Source: an uncultured virus (IMG/VR IMGVR_UViG_3300029305_011619) (lineage: Duplodnaviria; Heunggongvirae; Uroviricota; Caudoviricetes). Taken from it: a DNA stretch of 64,000 bases. The first letter of the stretch is position 1. Each line of letters opens with the position of its first letter. The stretch lies in IMG/VR virus record IMGVR_UViG_3300029305_011619; one strand, written 5' to 3'. The notes beneath the pieces are model-generated. The model saw only the letters and a program-made list of their open reading frames with translations. It searched no databases and was not told where the DNA came from. The position numbers and the translations under genes are program-made. Below, piece by piece: positions 41,773 to 51,420 of this stretch.

Positions 41773-43050
41773 CTATGCAGCGGCCTTCCATAAATTCTCT
41801 ACTTCGTTTATCCAGTTAATCAATAAATTTCTCATTCGTTTACTGGGAATATATATCCATATTTCTTTCCCGTCTCTAATAGCAGATCTCCAGATCCATT
41901 GAATTAAAACCGACAGAGCATATCTATCTTCTAAGACGATAACTTTATTTTTAGTTAAATATATTTTTTCGTTTGGATGGATAAAAATATTTACGCAATA
42001 TGCTAACACATCTCTATCTTTATAATCGTTAGTTGCTTTGATGTTGAACGCTATATTGTTATAATAATACCCCTTGCCTCGTATAAATGATTCTCCAGTT
42101 TTATACGTAGCCCATAGTCTCCTTGATCCTGATTTATCTCCGTTATAATTTATAAAATAATTTTTTACATTTTTTCTTAATTCATCTATTTTTTTGCTCT
42201 TTCCAGAAGATGCCTTCTTAAACCACGTAGATGATAGCGAATGATTACTATCTCCAACGGCATTCATTTTTCTATTGTCAAATATATGTATTTTATTTGA
42301 TAGCGTTTTCGTGTACTCTGGAATATAATCAATAGTATCACTAAAGCTATACACGCCATCATTATACGAAACGCCGATTATACTAAAATCCATTTTGTTT
42401 AAATCGAAATAATATTTCATTGATTGAGCTTCAAACATATATGTTAACACATACACATCGCTGAACGCATCAAATATCTCTTTTGATAAAACCCAGTAGT
42501 AGTAGTTACAGAATTTATCTCTCTGAACACTCTCGTCTGTCTCTATATTAATAATTCTATTTCCTTTTGAGAGATTGACTATATCACCGACTAGGTTGCC
42601 ATCGTACTCTCCAGGAGGATTGATCTCGATGTAACCGTCTGCGTTCTCTGTAGCCCAACCTGCATCTTTTAATAACTGTATATCAGACTTCTTTAAATCA
42701 GAAGATCTTAAAACATCTACCGCTTCGTCAATAATGAGAGTGTATTTACCAGCCTTAATTATATCAAGCATCTCATCAGAATACCGTAAAAACATATTAT
42801 GAGTGCTGGTAATATTCTCTCCGTTTTTTAATAACTCCATCGTGTGGTTATACTTCTTAAACTCGTACTCCGGCAGTTTATTGCTCGGCTCTTTAAATCT
42901 TAGCTCTGGACAAGCACGCTTTATCCTATCTGATTCCTCCAAATACGGTGTGATGTAAATATACCGTTTATTTGGGTTGCTATTCATGTAGGTGATGGCT
43001 GCACTTGATTTACCAGAACCCATAATGGCATCACATACTTTTATGGCCAT
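41773..43050 (-). CDS. SF2 helicase-like P-loop ATPase
   Basis: DAIMGSGKS Walker A, IIDEA Walker B, QWIWRSAIR motif VI-like. Confidence 0.7.
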   Translation of the reverse strand: MAIKVCDAIMGSGKSSAAITYMNSNPNKRYIYITPYLEESDRIKRACPELRFKEPSNKLPEYEFKKYNHTMELLKNGENITSTHNMFLRYSDEMLDIIKAGKYTLIIDEAVDVLRSSDLKKSDIQLLKDAGWATENADGYIEINPPGEYDGNLVGDIVNLSKGNRIINIETDESVQRDKFCNYYYWVLSKEIFDAFSDVYVLTYMFEAQSMKYYFDLNKMDFSIIGVSYNDGVYSFSDTIDYIPEYTKTLSNKIHIFDNRKMNAVGDSNHSLSSTWFKKASSGKSKKIDELRKNVKNYFINYNGDKSGSRRLWATYKTGESFIRGKGYYYNNIAFNIKATNDYKDRDVLAYCVNIFIHPNEKIYLTKNKVIVLEDRYALSVLIQWIWRSAIRDGKEIWIYIPSKRMRNLLINWINEVENLWKAAA

Positions 43051-43074
43051 TTTATACCCCCTTTTTTGTGTTGA

Positions 43075-43267
43075 AAAAATATTTTTAGAACCAAACCGGT
43101 TCTAAAATTGAAAAAATACACCCCTAGAACCCTTGAAAACACTGGATTCTTAAAAGTGCTCCCCTAAAGGAAAAATACACTTTTCGTTATTCTTTCAGAT
43201 TACATATTTAGCTACATGCAGTAGTGACAAGTGATAGTTTTATTTATTCGTAGAGGATAGTGTTATT
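43075..43267 (-). repeat. Dispersed inverted repeat, copy A (partner 59334-59502)
   Basis: Reverse complement aligns to 59334-59502 in two blocks, including AGAATcCAGTGTTTTCAAGGG and the palindrome TTTTAGAACC-n-GGTTCTAAAA. Confidence 0.85.
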
Positions 43268-43305
43268 GGATATCTTATTCAGTTGTCAAGGTGCTATGTT
43301 TTTAT

Positions 43306-44133
43306 CTAACCAACGGTGACTGTTTTTTCATGCAGTACACTGTTGATTAAATAGTGTTTGTCGCTGCCAAGATTCAAATTAAGGTAAGCATCCTCAATCT
43401 CTTCTCCGGTTAATCCGATGTAGTCAAGGGTTACCACTGAACTCGCGTGTCCAAACATTTTCTGTAATATTAATAATTTTCTAGGATCGTTGTTGGACAT
43501 CATCATCTGGTGGTACCCGAATGTCTTACGAAGAGAGTGAGTCGCCATTTTAATATTTAAGTTTAAATCTTTAGCCAGCGTTCTCAGAATTAGGTCTACT
43601 GCCTGTCGGGTCATCGGTTTATTTTTATTATTGTTATTATTACTTTCACTCCGGAACATATAGTCATCTAACTTACATTGATTATGCTGGAGATATAACG
43701 TAATCGCATCCATTACAGAATCGTTGATTGTTATGTATCTGTTCCGTCGTACCTTCCTTGTATCCTTTGTCTTCTTCTCCAGAATAGGAAAGGTGGTTTT
43801 AAAAGTGAGATCTTCGTTGATAAGTTGGATGAACCGTAACTGTAGTAGGTCACTGATACGTAGTCCAAAGTTTATCCCTAAGATGAATAGCATATTATCT
43901 CTATACCTACCATTGGCTATTAAATATTTAGATATTCTATCTATATCATCTAATCGTTTGATTGGTTCTGATGTATGTTCTGCTGCTATCTCAATTCCTA
44001 CCTTATCTTCAGCAGGTAGTATTAACCCTGACTGTAACTGTCTTCTTGAACTGGTTACCTTACTTACATCAATTACCTTATTTCTAATATCCAGAGATTG
44101 AGATTTAAAATCTACTGATATGATTGTAGCCAT
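43306..44133 (-). CDS. Tyrosine recombinase/integrase (catalytic domain only)
   Basis: GLRISDL, EKKT, HSLRKTFGY, FGHAS...TLDYIG. Confidence 0.9.
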   Translation of the reverse strand: MATIISVDFKSQSLDIRNKVIDVSKVTSSRRQLQSGLILPAEDKVGIEIAAEHTSEPIKRLDDIDRISKYLIANGRYRDNMLFILGINFGLRISDLLQLRFIQLINEDLTFKTTFPILEKKTKDTRKVRRNRYITINDSVMDAITLYLQHNQCKLDDYMFRSESNNNNNKNKPMTRQAVDLILRTLAKDLNLNIKMATHSLRKTFGYHQMMMSNNDPRKLLILQKMFGHASSVVTLDYIGLTGEEIEDAYLNLNLGSDKHYLINSVLHEKTVTVG

Positions 44134-44186
44134 CGGTATTTCTCCTTTCTTTATGCTATACTGTTGGTTACCTTTGAGCTACTATA

Positions 44187-44215
44187 ATTATAGCATATTT
44201 CAATTAGCATGTCAA
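44187..44215 (-). promoter_or_regulatory. Sigma-A promoter for the recombinase gene
   Basis: TTGACA-17 nt-TATAAT on the minus strand, with TG extension. Confidence 0.8.
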
Positions 44216-44715
44216 TAGAAAAAGAATAGAAAAATACTATTGATAACAATATTTTTCGATACTCTTTAGTTGGATGGTATTTGAGGGATTTTAGTTTCAT
44301 AATATGAACTATTCTTCTGGTTAATATTTATACTTAACATCTTAATGAAGGAACTTTCTCTGAAGAAAATGAGCTCGGTGAGTGATAGGAGAGAGGTGTG
44401 GGTGAGATGAAACAACTTGCAGTCGGGTGGGGGTTCGTTTTGGTCGAAAAAATGGAAAATACCCCGTTATACTTGCTAAAGGTGTATTTTGACAAGTAAA
44501 ATTTTTTTTGCTTATATATGTATTATTTTTACTATATTGATTTTAAAAAATGATTTTTTGATTTTCTGTTTTTGTGTTGCTGCTTTTCGTCCATTGTTAG
44601 GAAAAACTGTTTCCCCGGTTCAAACTTTCAATTTACACCATACCAAAAAATCCTACTTTTTTCTCACATTTTTATAACCTTTTTTGTCAAATTGAAAAAA
44701 TGTTGAAAATTTATA

Positions 44716-44744
44716 TTGACAATTCAAAAGCATTATGTTACACT
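44716..44744 (+). promoter_or_regulatory. Sigma-A promoter starting the plus-strand arm
   Basis: TTGACA-17 nt-TACACT with TG extension. Confidence 0.65.
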
Positions 44745-44849
44745 ATTGATAAGATACAGACGGAAAACCTATGTATCAAATAAGAGTTTCCCAGTTTAGC
44801 CGTATAAAAACTGTGGCGGTTAACTTTGCCGTAAGAAAGGGGTTATACT

Positions 44850-45881
44850 ATGAAAAAATTGTATTGTGCATTTTATTATGCAAACAGCGAAAAGGTCGAA
44901 ACCAAAACCATTTTTACAGACAGCTTGAAAAAGGCAAGAGAAAAGGCGAACTCTTACAAAGTCGCTACAACTTGTGATACTGTTCGAGTATGCGAAAGTC
45001 TAAAAGACAAAGACGGAAACATTTTGACAGACACACTACAAAAAACAGCTTTGTTTATTGCTAAATGTTCCGCGGAAAAAAGCATACTAAGAACAGGCGG
45101 AAATGAAACACAAAATCGAATTGCAGACAATTTGAAAAAAGCAAGTGCTATCATCATTAACTTTGAAAATGTAATGGAAGAAAAAAACAGTTTCAAAGTA
45201 TTCGCTTTTACTGGATACAAAGAAGATAAAAACGGAGACGTGCAGAAAGTCAAAACTTGCGACATTATAGCAGAAAATAAGACAAAAGCGGAAGAGCATA
45301 GACCAAGCGGAAACTATGATACATTTACCATTACAGAACAGACATTCACAGACAAAATGACCCAAGCGTTAGAAACGCTTTGCCCCGACTCCATGGAATA
45401 TTACGGGCAAGCACAAGCGGCGTTATATCAAGCAATATCGGACGGGTTAGAAACGGACGAACAATATCGAAAAGCGTATCTTTCCATAAACCAATATATT
45501 ATGTCACTTAGAACAGCAACCGCGAAAGAATGTTCGACGGAATATATCAAAGACAATAACGGCGACATTGTTTCAGTTGGGAATTATTACGGAAAAATTT
45601 TGAAAGGAAAAGCGGAATACATACCAACGGAAACTGCAGAAATGACAGACGGAATAGAAACAGAAAAAGCACTTTTCCAAGCAATTAAAAATTGTGGACT
45701 TACACCACGGCAAATGCAAATAGTGCTATTATCCATAAAAGGGTATAGCTGGCGACAAATTTCCGAAAAATTGAAAATCAAGAGTAACGGAACAATAGGG
45801 AAACACTTTCAATATATTAGGGAAAAGGCTCTTGCATATCTTATGGAACATAATCCAGAAATAGCTAAAAAAATCAAATAA
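44850..45881 (+). CDS. Protein with a C-terminal sigma-region-4/LuxR-type HTH
   Basis: LTPRQMQIVLLSIKGYSWRQISEKLKIKSNGTIGKHFQYIREK. Confidence 0.65.
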   Translation: MKKLYCAFYYANSEKVETKTIFTDSLKKAREKANSYKVATTCDTVRVCESLKDKDGNILTDTLQKTALFIAKCSAEKSILRTGGNETQNRIADNLKKASAIIINFENVMEEKNSFKVFAFTGYKEDKNGDVQKVKTCDIIAENKTKAEEHRPSGNYDTFTITEQTFTDKMTQALETLCPDSMEYYGQAQAALYQAISDGLETDEQYRKAYLSINQYIMSLRTATAKECSTEYIKDNNGDIVSVGNYYGKILKGKAEYIPTETAEMTDGIETEKALFQAIKNCGLTPRQMQIVLLSIKGYSWRQISEKLKIKSNGTIGKHFQYIREKALAYLMEHNPEIAKKIK

Positions 45882-45904
45882 ACAATACACAAACACACAA
45901 ATAT

Positions 45905-45934
45905 GGACGGCGTAAAAAAAGCGCCGTCCTTTTT
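45905..45934 (+). terminator. Intrinsic terminator
   Basis: GGACGGCG-taaaaaaag-CGCCGTCC-TTTTT. Confidence 0.8.
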
Positions 45935-45954
45935 GTTTCCGTTGGAAATATTAT

Positions 45955-46116
45955 GCCCAGGGACGGACGGCGACCGCCTTTACTATATAGACGGACGGAC
46001 AGACCGAACCGAACCCAGGGCAACACACAACACAGCCCAGGGACGGACGGCGACCGCCTTTACTATATAGACGGACGGACAGACTGAACCGAACCCAGGG
46101 CAACACACAACACAGC
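45955..46116. repeat. Tandem direct repeat, 2 x 80 bp, one mismatch
   Basis: Unit GCCCAGGGACGGACGGCGACCGCCTTTACTATATAGACGGACGGACAGAC(C/T)GAACCGAACCCAGGGCAACACACAACACA at 45955 and 46035. Confidence 0.95.
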
Positions 46117-46199
46117 AAAAATCAAATCTGTATAAATGCACATTGAGGCTGGTTCTTAATGTGTTTTTATATGGGTTTATTTGCACGCATAATATGACC

Positions 46200-46740
46200 A
46201 TTACTGCACTAACCTACATAGCAGATGGATATTATGGGCGAAAAACGCCATAGCGTGAGCCACCACGCAAAAGGATGGCTGGGCTGGTATCAATCTTTCA
46301 AAGAGTATGCCCGTACCGCACGATGGAAGTAATCGTGTGATTGAGCCGCCGTCTGGATGGCGGTATTAGGGGTAGTGTCCGACATAAACACGAATTGCAC
46401 TAGGTCGCACTTAGACCTAGGGAGCATGCACCAATGCATGCAGGTAACTCTGTCCTAAAATCCAGAGTCGTCGCTTAAGCTATGAGGAATTAAGCCCATA
46501 GCGTGTCAGATAGTGAAAATGGCAAGAGGTATCAGCAAAACCTAAACTCGGCTTGTGAAACTGCTGGTAGGTATGAAATAACTTTTGATGATGTATGTGA
46601 TAGGCAACTGATAAAAATTCGTATAAATACCAGATGGTTCAAGTAACGCAGATGGTATGAGTTTGTATCTTTCGATAATAATTCCCAAGGGAAATATTCT
46701 CAGCTGAACGCATGCGTGTGATGGGTTATGTAATACTTAT
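46200..46740 (+). ncRNA. Candidate large structured non-coding RNA, family unassigned
   Basis: ORF-free and GC-enriched with many consecutive hairpins (GCGTG/CACGC, GCCGCCGTC/GATGGCGGT, CTAGGTC/GACCTAG, GCATGCA/TGCATGC, ACTCTG/CAGAGT); boundaries approximate. Confidence 0.5.
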
Positions 46741-46856
46741 TGAAATAAAATGAATTGAATAAATTTGTATATCAAACACACCCTTAATGCAAGTTTTGGG
46801 TGTGTTTTCATATGGATTTATCCAGAAAATAAATCAAATGAAAAGGAGAGTTTGCA

Positions 46857-47738
46857 ATGAGTATGTTAAAAAGAGAAATTGCAACTATCGCAGAGCAAAT
46901 CAATGCAAAAATCAAGGAATATAACGAGTCCTTGAAGAAAAATGACTTGAAAAAGGTTTCAAAAGCTGAGTCTGAATTGAGAGAGCTTGAAAAAGAATAC
47001 TCCAGCTCTATGATGGCTAAGGTTTGCGATGAGATTGCAGAAAAGTCTGAGAAAACAGGCGAAAATCCTGTGAAGCTCGCTATCGAAAAGTATCAGTATG
47101 AGGTTTTATCTCATAAGACAAATCGTGATGATAACGGTGCTGTCGAAAGTATTGAGTTGGCTTATCGTATGCGTCAGATTGACCTTGTAAAATTCTGCAA
47201 AAGATGCAGACTTGATACCGCTTGGCAGTACGCCGTTGAAAGCTTTAATCAGCTTCTCGCTTTGCGTGTTGCAACTGAGCTGAAGCTTTCTAAGAAGAAA
47301 ATCCTTGAAATCTGCAATTCGTTCAATATGAACAAACTTGCGGAAAGAGCTGAAGCTGGCGATACGCCTGCGTCTACTACCCAAATCTGCAAGAAGCTCC
47401 AGTCTATCATTGATAAGATTTTGTATGTGGATAATGGTAAGGGCAAGAACAAGTTTTCAGCAAACTCTCACGACGTGGCGTATATCTTGCACACTTACTG
47501 CAAGCGTGGCAAGAAAACTTTATCGGTTGCTGTCGCGAAGAACAGTTTTATGCACACTTTGTTGGTAGACGTAATGCATCGTATTGTTACCGGTAAGGTT
47601 TATGACCTTGAGTATGCTATGGTGAAAAATTCAGAAGAGCCTGCTGAGAAAACCGCTAAGGAAAATGTTGCAGAGGTTGCAGAGCCTATTTTAGAAGCTG
47701 ACACTGTTGTTGTAGAAAAGGGTGAAAAGTCCGAGTAG
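46857..47738 (+). CDS. Hypothetical protein (likely highly expressed early protein)
   Basis: AAAGGAG RBS; followed by the hairpin GAAAAGTCCGA/TCGGACTTTTC. Confidence 0.7.
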   Translation: MSMLKREIATIAEQINAKIKEYNESLKKNDLKKVSKAESELRELEKEYSSSMMAKVCDEIAEKSEKTGENPVKLAIEKYQYEVLSHKTNRDDNGAVESIELAYRMRQIDLVKFCKRCRLDTAWQYAVESFNQLLALRVATELKLSKKKILEICNSFNMNKLAERAEAGDTPASTTQICKKLQSIIDKILYVDNGKGKNKFSANSHDVAYILHTYCKRGKKTLSVAVAKNSFMHTLLVDVMHRIVTGKVYDLEYAMVKNSEEPAEKTAKENVAEVAEPILEADTVVVEKGEKSE

Positions 47739-47793
47739 TCGGACTTTTCCTCAAGGTTTTATAATTATATGAGGTTTTGGAGGGCTTTTTAAA

Positions 47794-48021
47794 ATGGCAT
47801 TAACTAAATTTGAAAATATAGGAGTTGAGCTCCAGAAAAGTAGTGAGTCTAAAGATGAGGCTCTCCTCAACTTCAGAAATTCTTGCAATATCTGTTGTTA
47901 TAGAGGCATGCATATTCAGTGCGATAAATGTTATATTAAGTCTGCTCATCAGCAGGTTTTGGCTTGCTTTGCTGAGTATCAAAGAATCAAAAGGAATAGG
48001 GGGATGCGTGATGCGACATAA
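47794..48021 (+). CDS. Small Cys-rich hypothetical protein
   Basis: CNICC...CDKC..H; GGAGG RBS. Confidence 0.55.
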   Translation: MALTKFENIGVELQKSSESKDEALLNFRNSCNICCYRGMHIQCDKCYIKSAHQQVLACFAEYQRIKRNRGMRDAT

Positions 48022-48235
48022 ACTTACCCTAAAGGGTGTATTGATATTAGTTTGTATTTCGTTATTAGTGATGGCGTATCCACTAAAGCTTTGTTTTCAT
48101 ACTGTAATGTTCCCTGAATTACACAGTCAGATGCTGAGGAATAAGCTTGAATATAATATAAATTCAGGCGATGAGCTTGCAATCGAATATTATCAATCAA
48201 AATACCTTGATAATGGTATTGTTTTGTTTGATTAA
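48011..48235 (+). CDS. Small membrane-anchored hypothetical protein
   Basis: Likely start ATG 48011 after AGGGGG; hydrophobic N-terminal helix. Confidence 0.5.
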   Translation: MRHKLTLKGVLILVCISLLVMAYPLKLCFHTVMFPELHSQMLRNKLEYNINSGDELAIEYYQSKYLDNGIVLFD

Positions 48236-48249
48236 AATTTGAAAATATA

Positions 48250-48278
48250 TTGACATTTTCCTTTATTTATCATATAAT
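48250..48278 (+). promoter_or_regulatory. Consensus sigma-A promoter
   Basis: TTGACA-17 nt-TATAAT. Confidence 0.8.
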
Positions 48279-48301
48279 GAAAAGAAAAATATGGTGATAT
48301 A

Positions 48302-48865
48302 ATGGCTATACCAAAAGAACAAACAAATAACGATTTAGCTATCTTGTATAAGGTTTTAAGTAAAATCAAACCATATACAATTCTTTCGATATCGGCTGTT
48401 CCGGAGTATGTCGATGCAATACTGAATAGTAAACAACCATATACAGATATCGGCATTTATAATATGATAAAATCTACATATATAAAAATGTTGACTAGAG
48501 GTGCAGGAAATGGCGCTTCGTTAAGGGCGTTAACTCGTGTATCGAAAGATGTTTTTGGGGATGCAGATATATGGAAAAAAGACATCAGTACTGATGGGCT
48601 GTTTTTTATGAATGGCTTAGAAAAAATTAACGAAATTCTCGCTATTAGAATAGGGAATATTCCTGATTTTGTATCTGCATTGCGTAATCATAATTCTACA
48701 ATATATACCGATGAGGATATTTATAAAATCCTAAAGTCTGTATGTGTTATGAAAAAAATGAATGATAATCTTTCTGTTGATGAATTGAAAGTAATGAACG
48801 GGATATCGAGAGTAATTACAGGAAGCCCAGTCACTTGGAAAAAAGAAAGGAATATATATGGATAA
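48302..48865 (+). CDS. Hypothetical protein
   Basis: ORF directly behind the promoter. Confidence 0.6.
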   Translation: MAIPKEQTNNDLAILYKVLSKIKPYTILSISAVPEYVDAILNSKQPYTDIGIYNMIKSTYIKMLTRGAGNGASLRALTRVSKDVFGDADIWKKDISTDGLFFMNGLEKINEILAIRIGNIPDFVSALRNHNSTIYTDEDIYKILKSVCVMKKMNDNLSVDELKVMNGISRVITGSPVTWKKERNIYG

Positions 48866-49217
48866 AACTGAAAAATTTGTTCGAAAAATCGGACATATTT
48901 ACGAAAAAGTTATGAACTTAAGAGATAATGATGATTTTGTTGTTAATCAGGAGCAGATGGACAAATTCGTTGAGGTTTTAAACTTTTTCTACGATACGGC
49001 AAATAATCTAAACGGAGAATTAGAACCGATAAGATTAGAGCCTAAGGAAGAAAATGGCGGTGTTACAGCTACTTTCTTATTATTTGATATTTACGGAGAA
49101 AACATTCAGAGGTTTAGTAAAATTATCGGGTATACTTCTGGTATTACAATCGAAAGCACAGTAGATGGAGTATGTATCTCTGTGACCGTTCCCGGGGTTT
49201 TCATTCCTAAAAAATAA
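48858..49217 (+). CDS. Hypothetical protein
   Basis: Coupled ORF with RBS; followed by a terminator-like hairpin at 49235-49271. Confidence 0.6.
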   Translation: MDKTEKFVRKIGHIYEKVMNLRDNDDFVVNQEQMDKFVEVLNFFYDTANNLNGELEPIRLEPKEENGGVTATFLLFDIYGENIQRFSKIIGYTSGITIESTVDGVCISVTVPGVFIPKK

Positions 49218-49544
49218 AAACTGAATAAAACACTAAAAACACTATTGATATTGATTGATAGTGTTTTTTTTGTGCCAAATTTTAATTAGTTAAGGTTTGT
49301 TAAATGAATTTCAAATGGCTTATATCTGATGGTATAACCAGAGAATGAGATAGCTAAACGTAATGCTGGAGGGAAATATGATTATAAAAAAATGCTGGAC
49401 TACACGTAAGTATAAATCAAATAAAAAAACTGTTAAGAGGTATGAAGGATGGTTTCTGTTAGGAATTATACCTTTATATCTTAAAGTATCATATTGCGAT
49501 CAATAATTCTATAAATCATAGTTTTATAGGTAAGTGAGGGAAAT

Positions 49545-50042
49545 ATGGAAAAGTTTGTTAAAGAGGTTTTTGTCGAACCCAAAGATGTCTGGAAGTATTT
49601 CCAGAGTAGACAAAAAGAATTGGAAAAAAGCAGCGTTGATATCATTGCTCAATGTCAGTTCGACGGCATTTCACTTCAGGTTTGCATCACTGATTGCAAA
49701 GGTTTTCCTGAAATCACCCTCGAACTTGATGATTCAATACTTGAAAAAGACTACGCATTAAATGAGTTATCGTGTAACACTATTTCTCAAAATATGTTCA
49801 GTAAGTTTGATGACTACTGTAAATTCCCTGAGACGCTTGGAATCAACGAAGATGTTAGTGAAGACGACGATGAATATGATGCTGTGCGAGAGATGGAAAT
49901 CCTGGAAGCAACTAAAAATTTCTTAAGTGTTTTGTTTAATATACCTGACGAAGAGCTAGAAGATATGGAAATGTTGATTTTATTACTGAATGATATTGAG
50001 TCTATGCTTTATGATGAGTATGGGTTAATCTCAGAAAGATGA
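49545..50042 (+). CDS. Acidic hypothetical protein
   Basis: GAGGG RBS; D/E-rich. Confidence 0.6.
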   Translation: MEKFVKEVFVEPKDVWKYFQSRQKELEKSSVDIIAQCQFDGISLQVCITDCKGFPEITLELDDSILEKDYALNELSCNTISQNMFSKFDDYCKFPETLGINEDVSEDDDEYDAVREMEILEATKNFLSVLFNIPDEELEDMEMLILLLNDIESMLYDEYGLISER

Positions 50043-50051
50043 GGTGTATCT

Positions 50052-50192
50052 ATGAAAGTTACATTTATTGTTAATAAAACAGGTCAAACCGTAGAAAAAG
50101 TCTTTCCGTCTCCGTATATTGCTGAAAAGTTTATCAGAAAAATCAAACATTCAAAAAAAGTAAGATATGTGGGGTATAGCAATGGCGTATGA
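50052..50192 (+). CDS. Small basic hypothetical protein (46 aa)
   Basis: Read by hand: GAGGTG RBS, MKVTFIVNKTGQTVEKVFPSPY... Confidence 0.55.
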   Translation: MKVTFIVNKTGQTVEKVFPSPYIAEKFIRKIKHSKKVRYVGYSNGV

Positions 50193-50487
50193 ATACTTTG
50201 ACGGCTTTAAATTCCAACCATCCGATATTGTTGTAGGAATTGACGGCGCTTATATGGACGAAGAACCGATTGGCGGAAGGGTTGGAGTCATTTCAAATGG
50301 AGCCACTCCAATGGACGACCCCGACCCTATATATCTTGTTGTGTTCGATGAGCCACTTCCAAAATTCGGTAGACGTGAGTGGTTTGTCCATGAAAGCAAA
50401 CTACGTTTTGAAGAAGAGCCAAAAGAAGTCGAACAGTTTGAGTATTCGATTTGCATAGATGACTTAGAAAAGCTTATATCTTCGTAA
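50182..50487 (+). CDS. Hypothetical SH3-like phage protein
   Basis: KFQPSDIVV...GRVGVI...YLVVFD...WFVHESKL. Confidence 0.5.
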   Translation: MAYEYFDGFKFQPSDIVVGIDGAYMDEEPIGGRVGVISNGATPMDDPDPIYLVVFDEPLPKFGRREWFVHESKLRFEEEPKEVEQFEYSICIDDLEKLISS

Positions 50488-50586
50488 GTCCGACGTCTTA
50501 AATCACAAGTTTGGTTCAATCTCTGCTTTGCGGAGTTGGATACATAATTTTTTATACGAGCTAAGCTCGAGAAAGGAGCCACGATT

Positions 50587-50979
50587 ATGGCACAAATTAA
50601 AGTAGTAGGCGACGCAGTTGTCGTTGAGTCCTCAGCAACCTTAGAAACTTTGAAAAAAGTTGAAAAGTATCGCCCGAAAAAACTGTATCTGTACGCAGAA
50701 GATGGCAAAACTCCTACATTTAGAGTAGCCACAACCAAAGGCGTTGGTTGTATCAACGCAAATGGTGCAAGTTTTGGTGGTACTTCCAGAGATGGGTCTG
50801 GTAAAGCAACCATCACTTTAGGAATTCCTTCTGATGTAACCGATGTAACCGACTATATTGAAGATGTAATTGGTGCTTCTATCATCAGACTGAATGAGGT
50901 TGAAGCTGGTTTAGATTCTGTTGTTGCAGAAATCGAAGCCGAAAGAGAAGCTGTTCGTTCAGCTATCACTTTAGCGTAG
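50587..50979 (+). CDS. Hypothetical protein heading the Ubl operon
   Basis: AAAGGAG RBS, 130 aa. Confidence 0.65.
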   Translation: MAQIKVVGDAVVVESSATLETLKKVEKYRPKKLYLYAEDGKTPTFRVATTKGVGCINANGASFGGTSRDGSGKATITLGIPSDVTDVTDYIEDVIGASIIRLNEVEAGLDSVVAEIEAEREAVRSAITLA

Positions 50980-51091
50980 TCTTTCGTAATTGTCCTGATC
51001 TTTAGCCAGACAATTAAATGTGTGCCGGGATAAACGCCCGGCGCACCACCACTAAAATAAAAATAATAAAAATACAAAGGAGATTAAAATT

Positions 51092-51328
51092 ATGTTAAAA
51101 GTTACTATCGGAAATAATGCAGGTAGAGAAACCTATCTTATCGATGAAAACACCACTTTAAGAACAGCTCTGGAAGAAAACGGAGTTGATTATTCCTCTG
51201 GTGTTATGACCCTTGACGGCTCCACCTTAAAGCCCGGAGATTTAGACAAAACCTTTGCGCAGTTCGGCATTCATGAGAAATGTTATCTTCTGAATGTTGT
51301 AAAAACCGATAACGCAACCAGTAAATAA
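51092..51328 (+). CDS. Ubiquitin-like (beta-grasp) small protein
   Basis: 78 aa with a beta-beta-alpha-beta pattern (KVTIG...TTLRTALEE...TLDGSTL...DLDKTFAQFGI...CYLLNVV); adjacent to E2/JAB/E1 genes; ends KTDNA-TSK. Confidence 0.7.
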   Translation: MLKVTIGNNAGRETYLIDENTTLRTALEENGVDYSSGVMTLDGSTLKPGDLDKTFAQFGIHEKCYLLNVVKTDNATSK

Positions 51329-51362
51329 CGATAAGTAAACGAAGTATAATACAGAGCAGTAG

Positions 51363-51398
51363 GTTAACGGCGACGCATTTTACGGCGTCGCCGTTAAC
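51363..51398 (+). other. Strong GC-rich hairpin between the Ubl and E2-like genes (attenuator or mRNA stabiliser)
   Basis: GTTAACGGCGACGC-attttacg-GCGTCGCCGTTAAC, 14-bp perfect stem. Confidence 0.65.
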
Positions 51399-51420
51399 AA
51401 TTTAAAATGGAGGTAATGAG

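Noticed and set aside
50250..50816. 188-aa minus-strand ORF
   Set aside because: Antisense to two plus-strand genes that have good RBSs in a uniformly plus-strand region.
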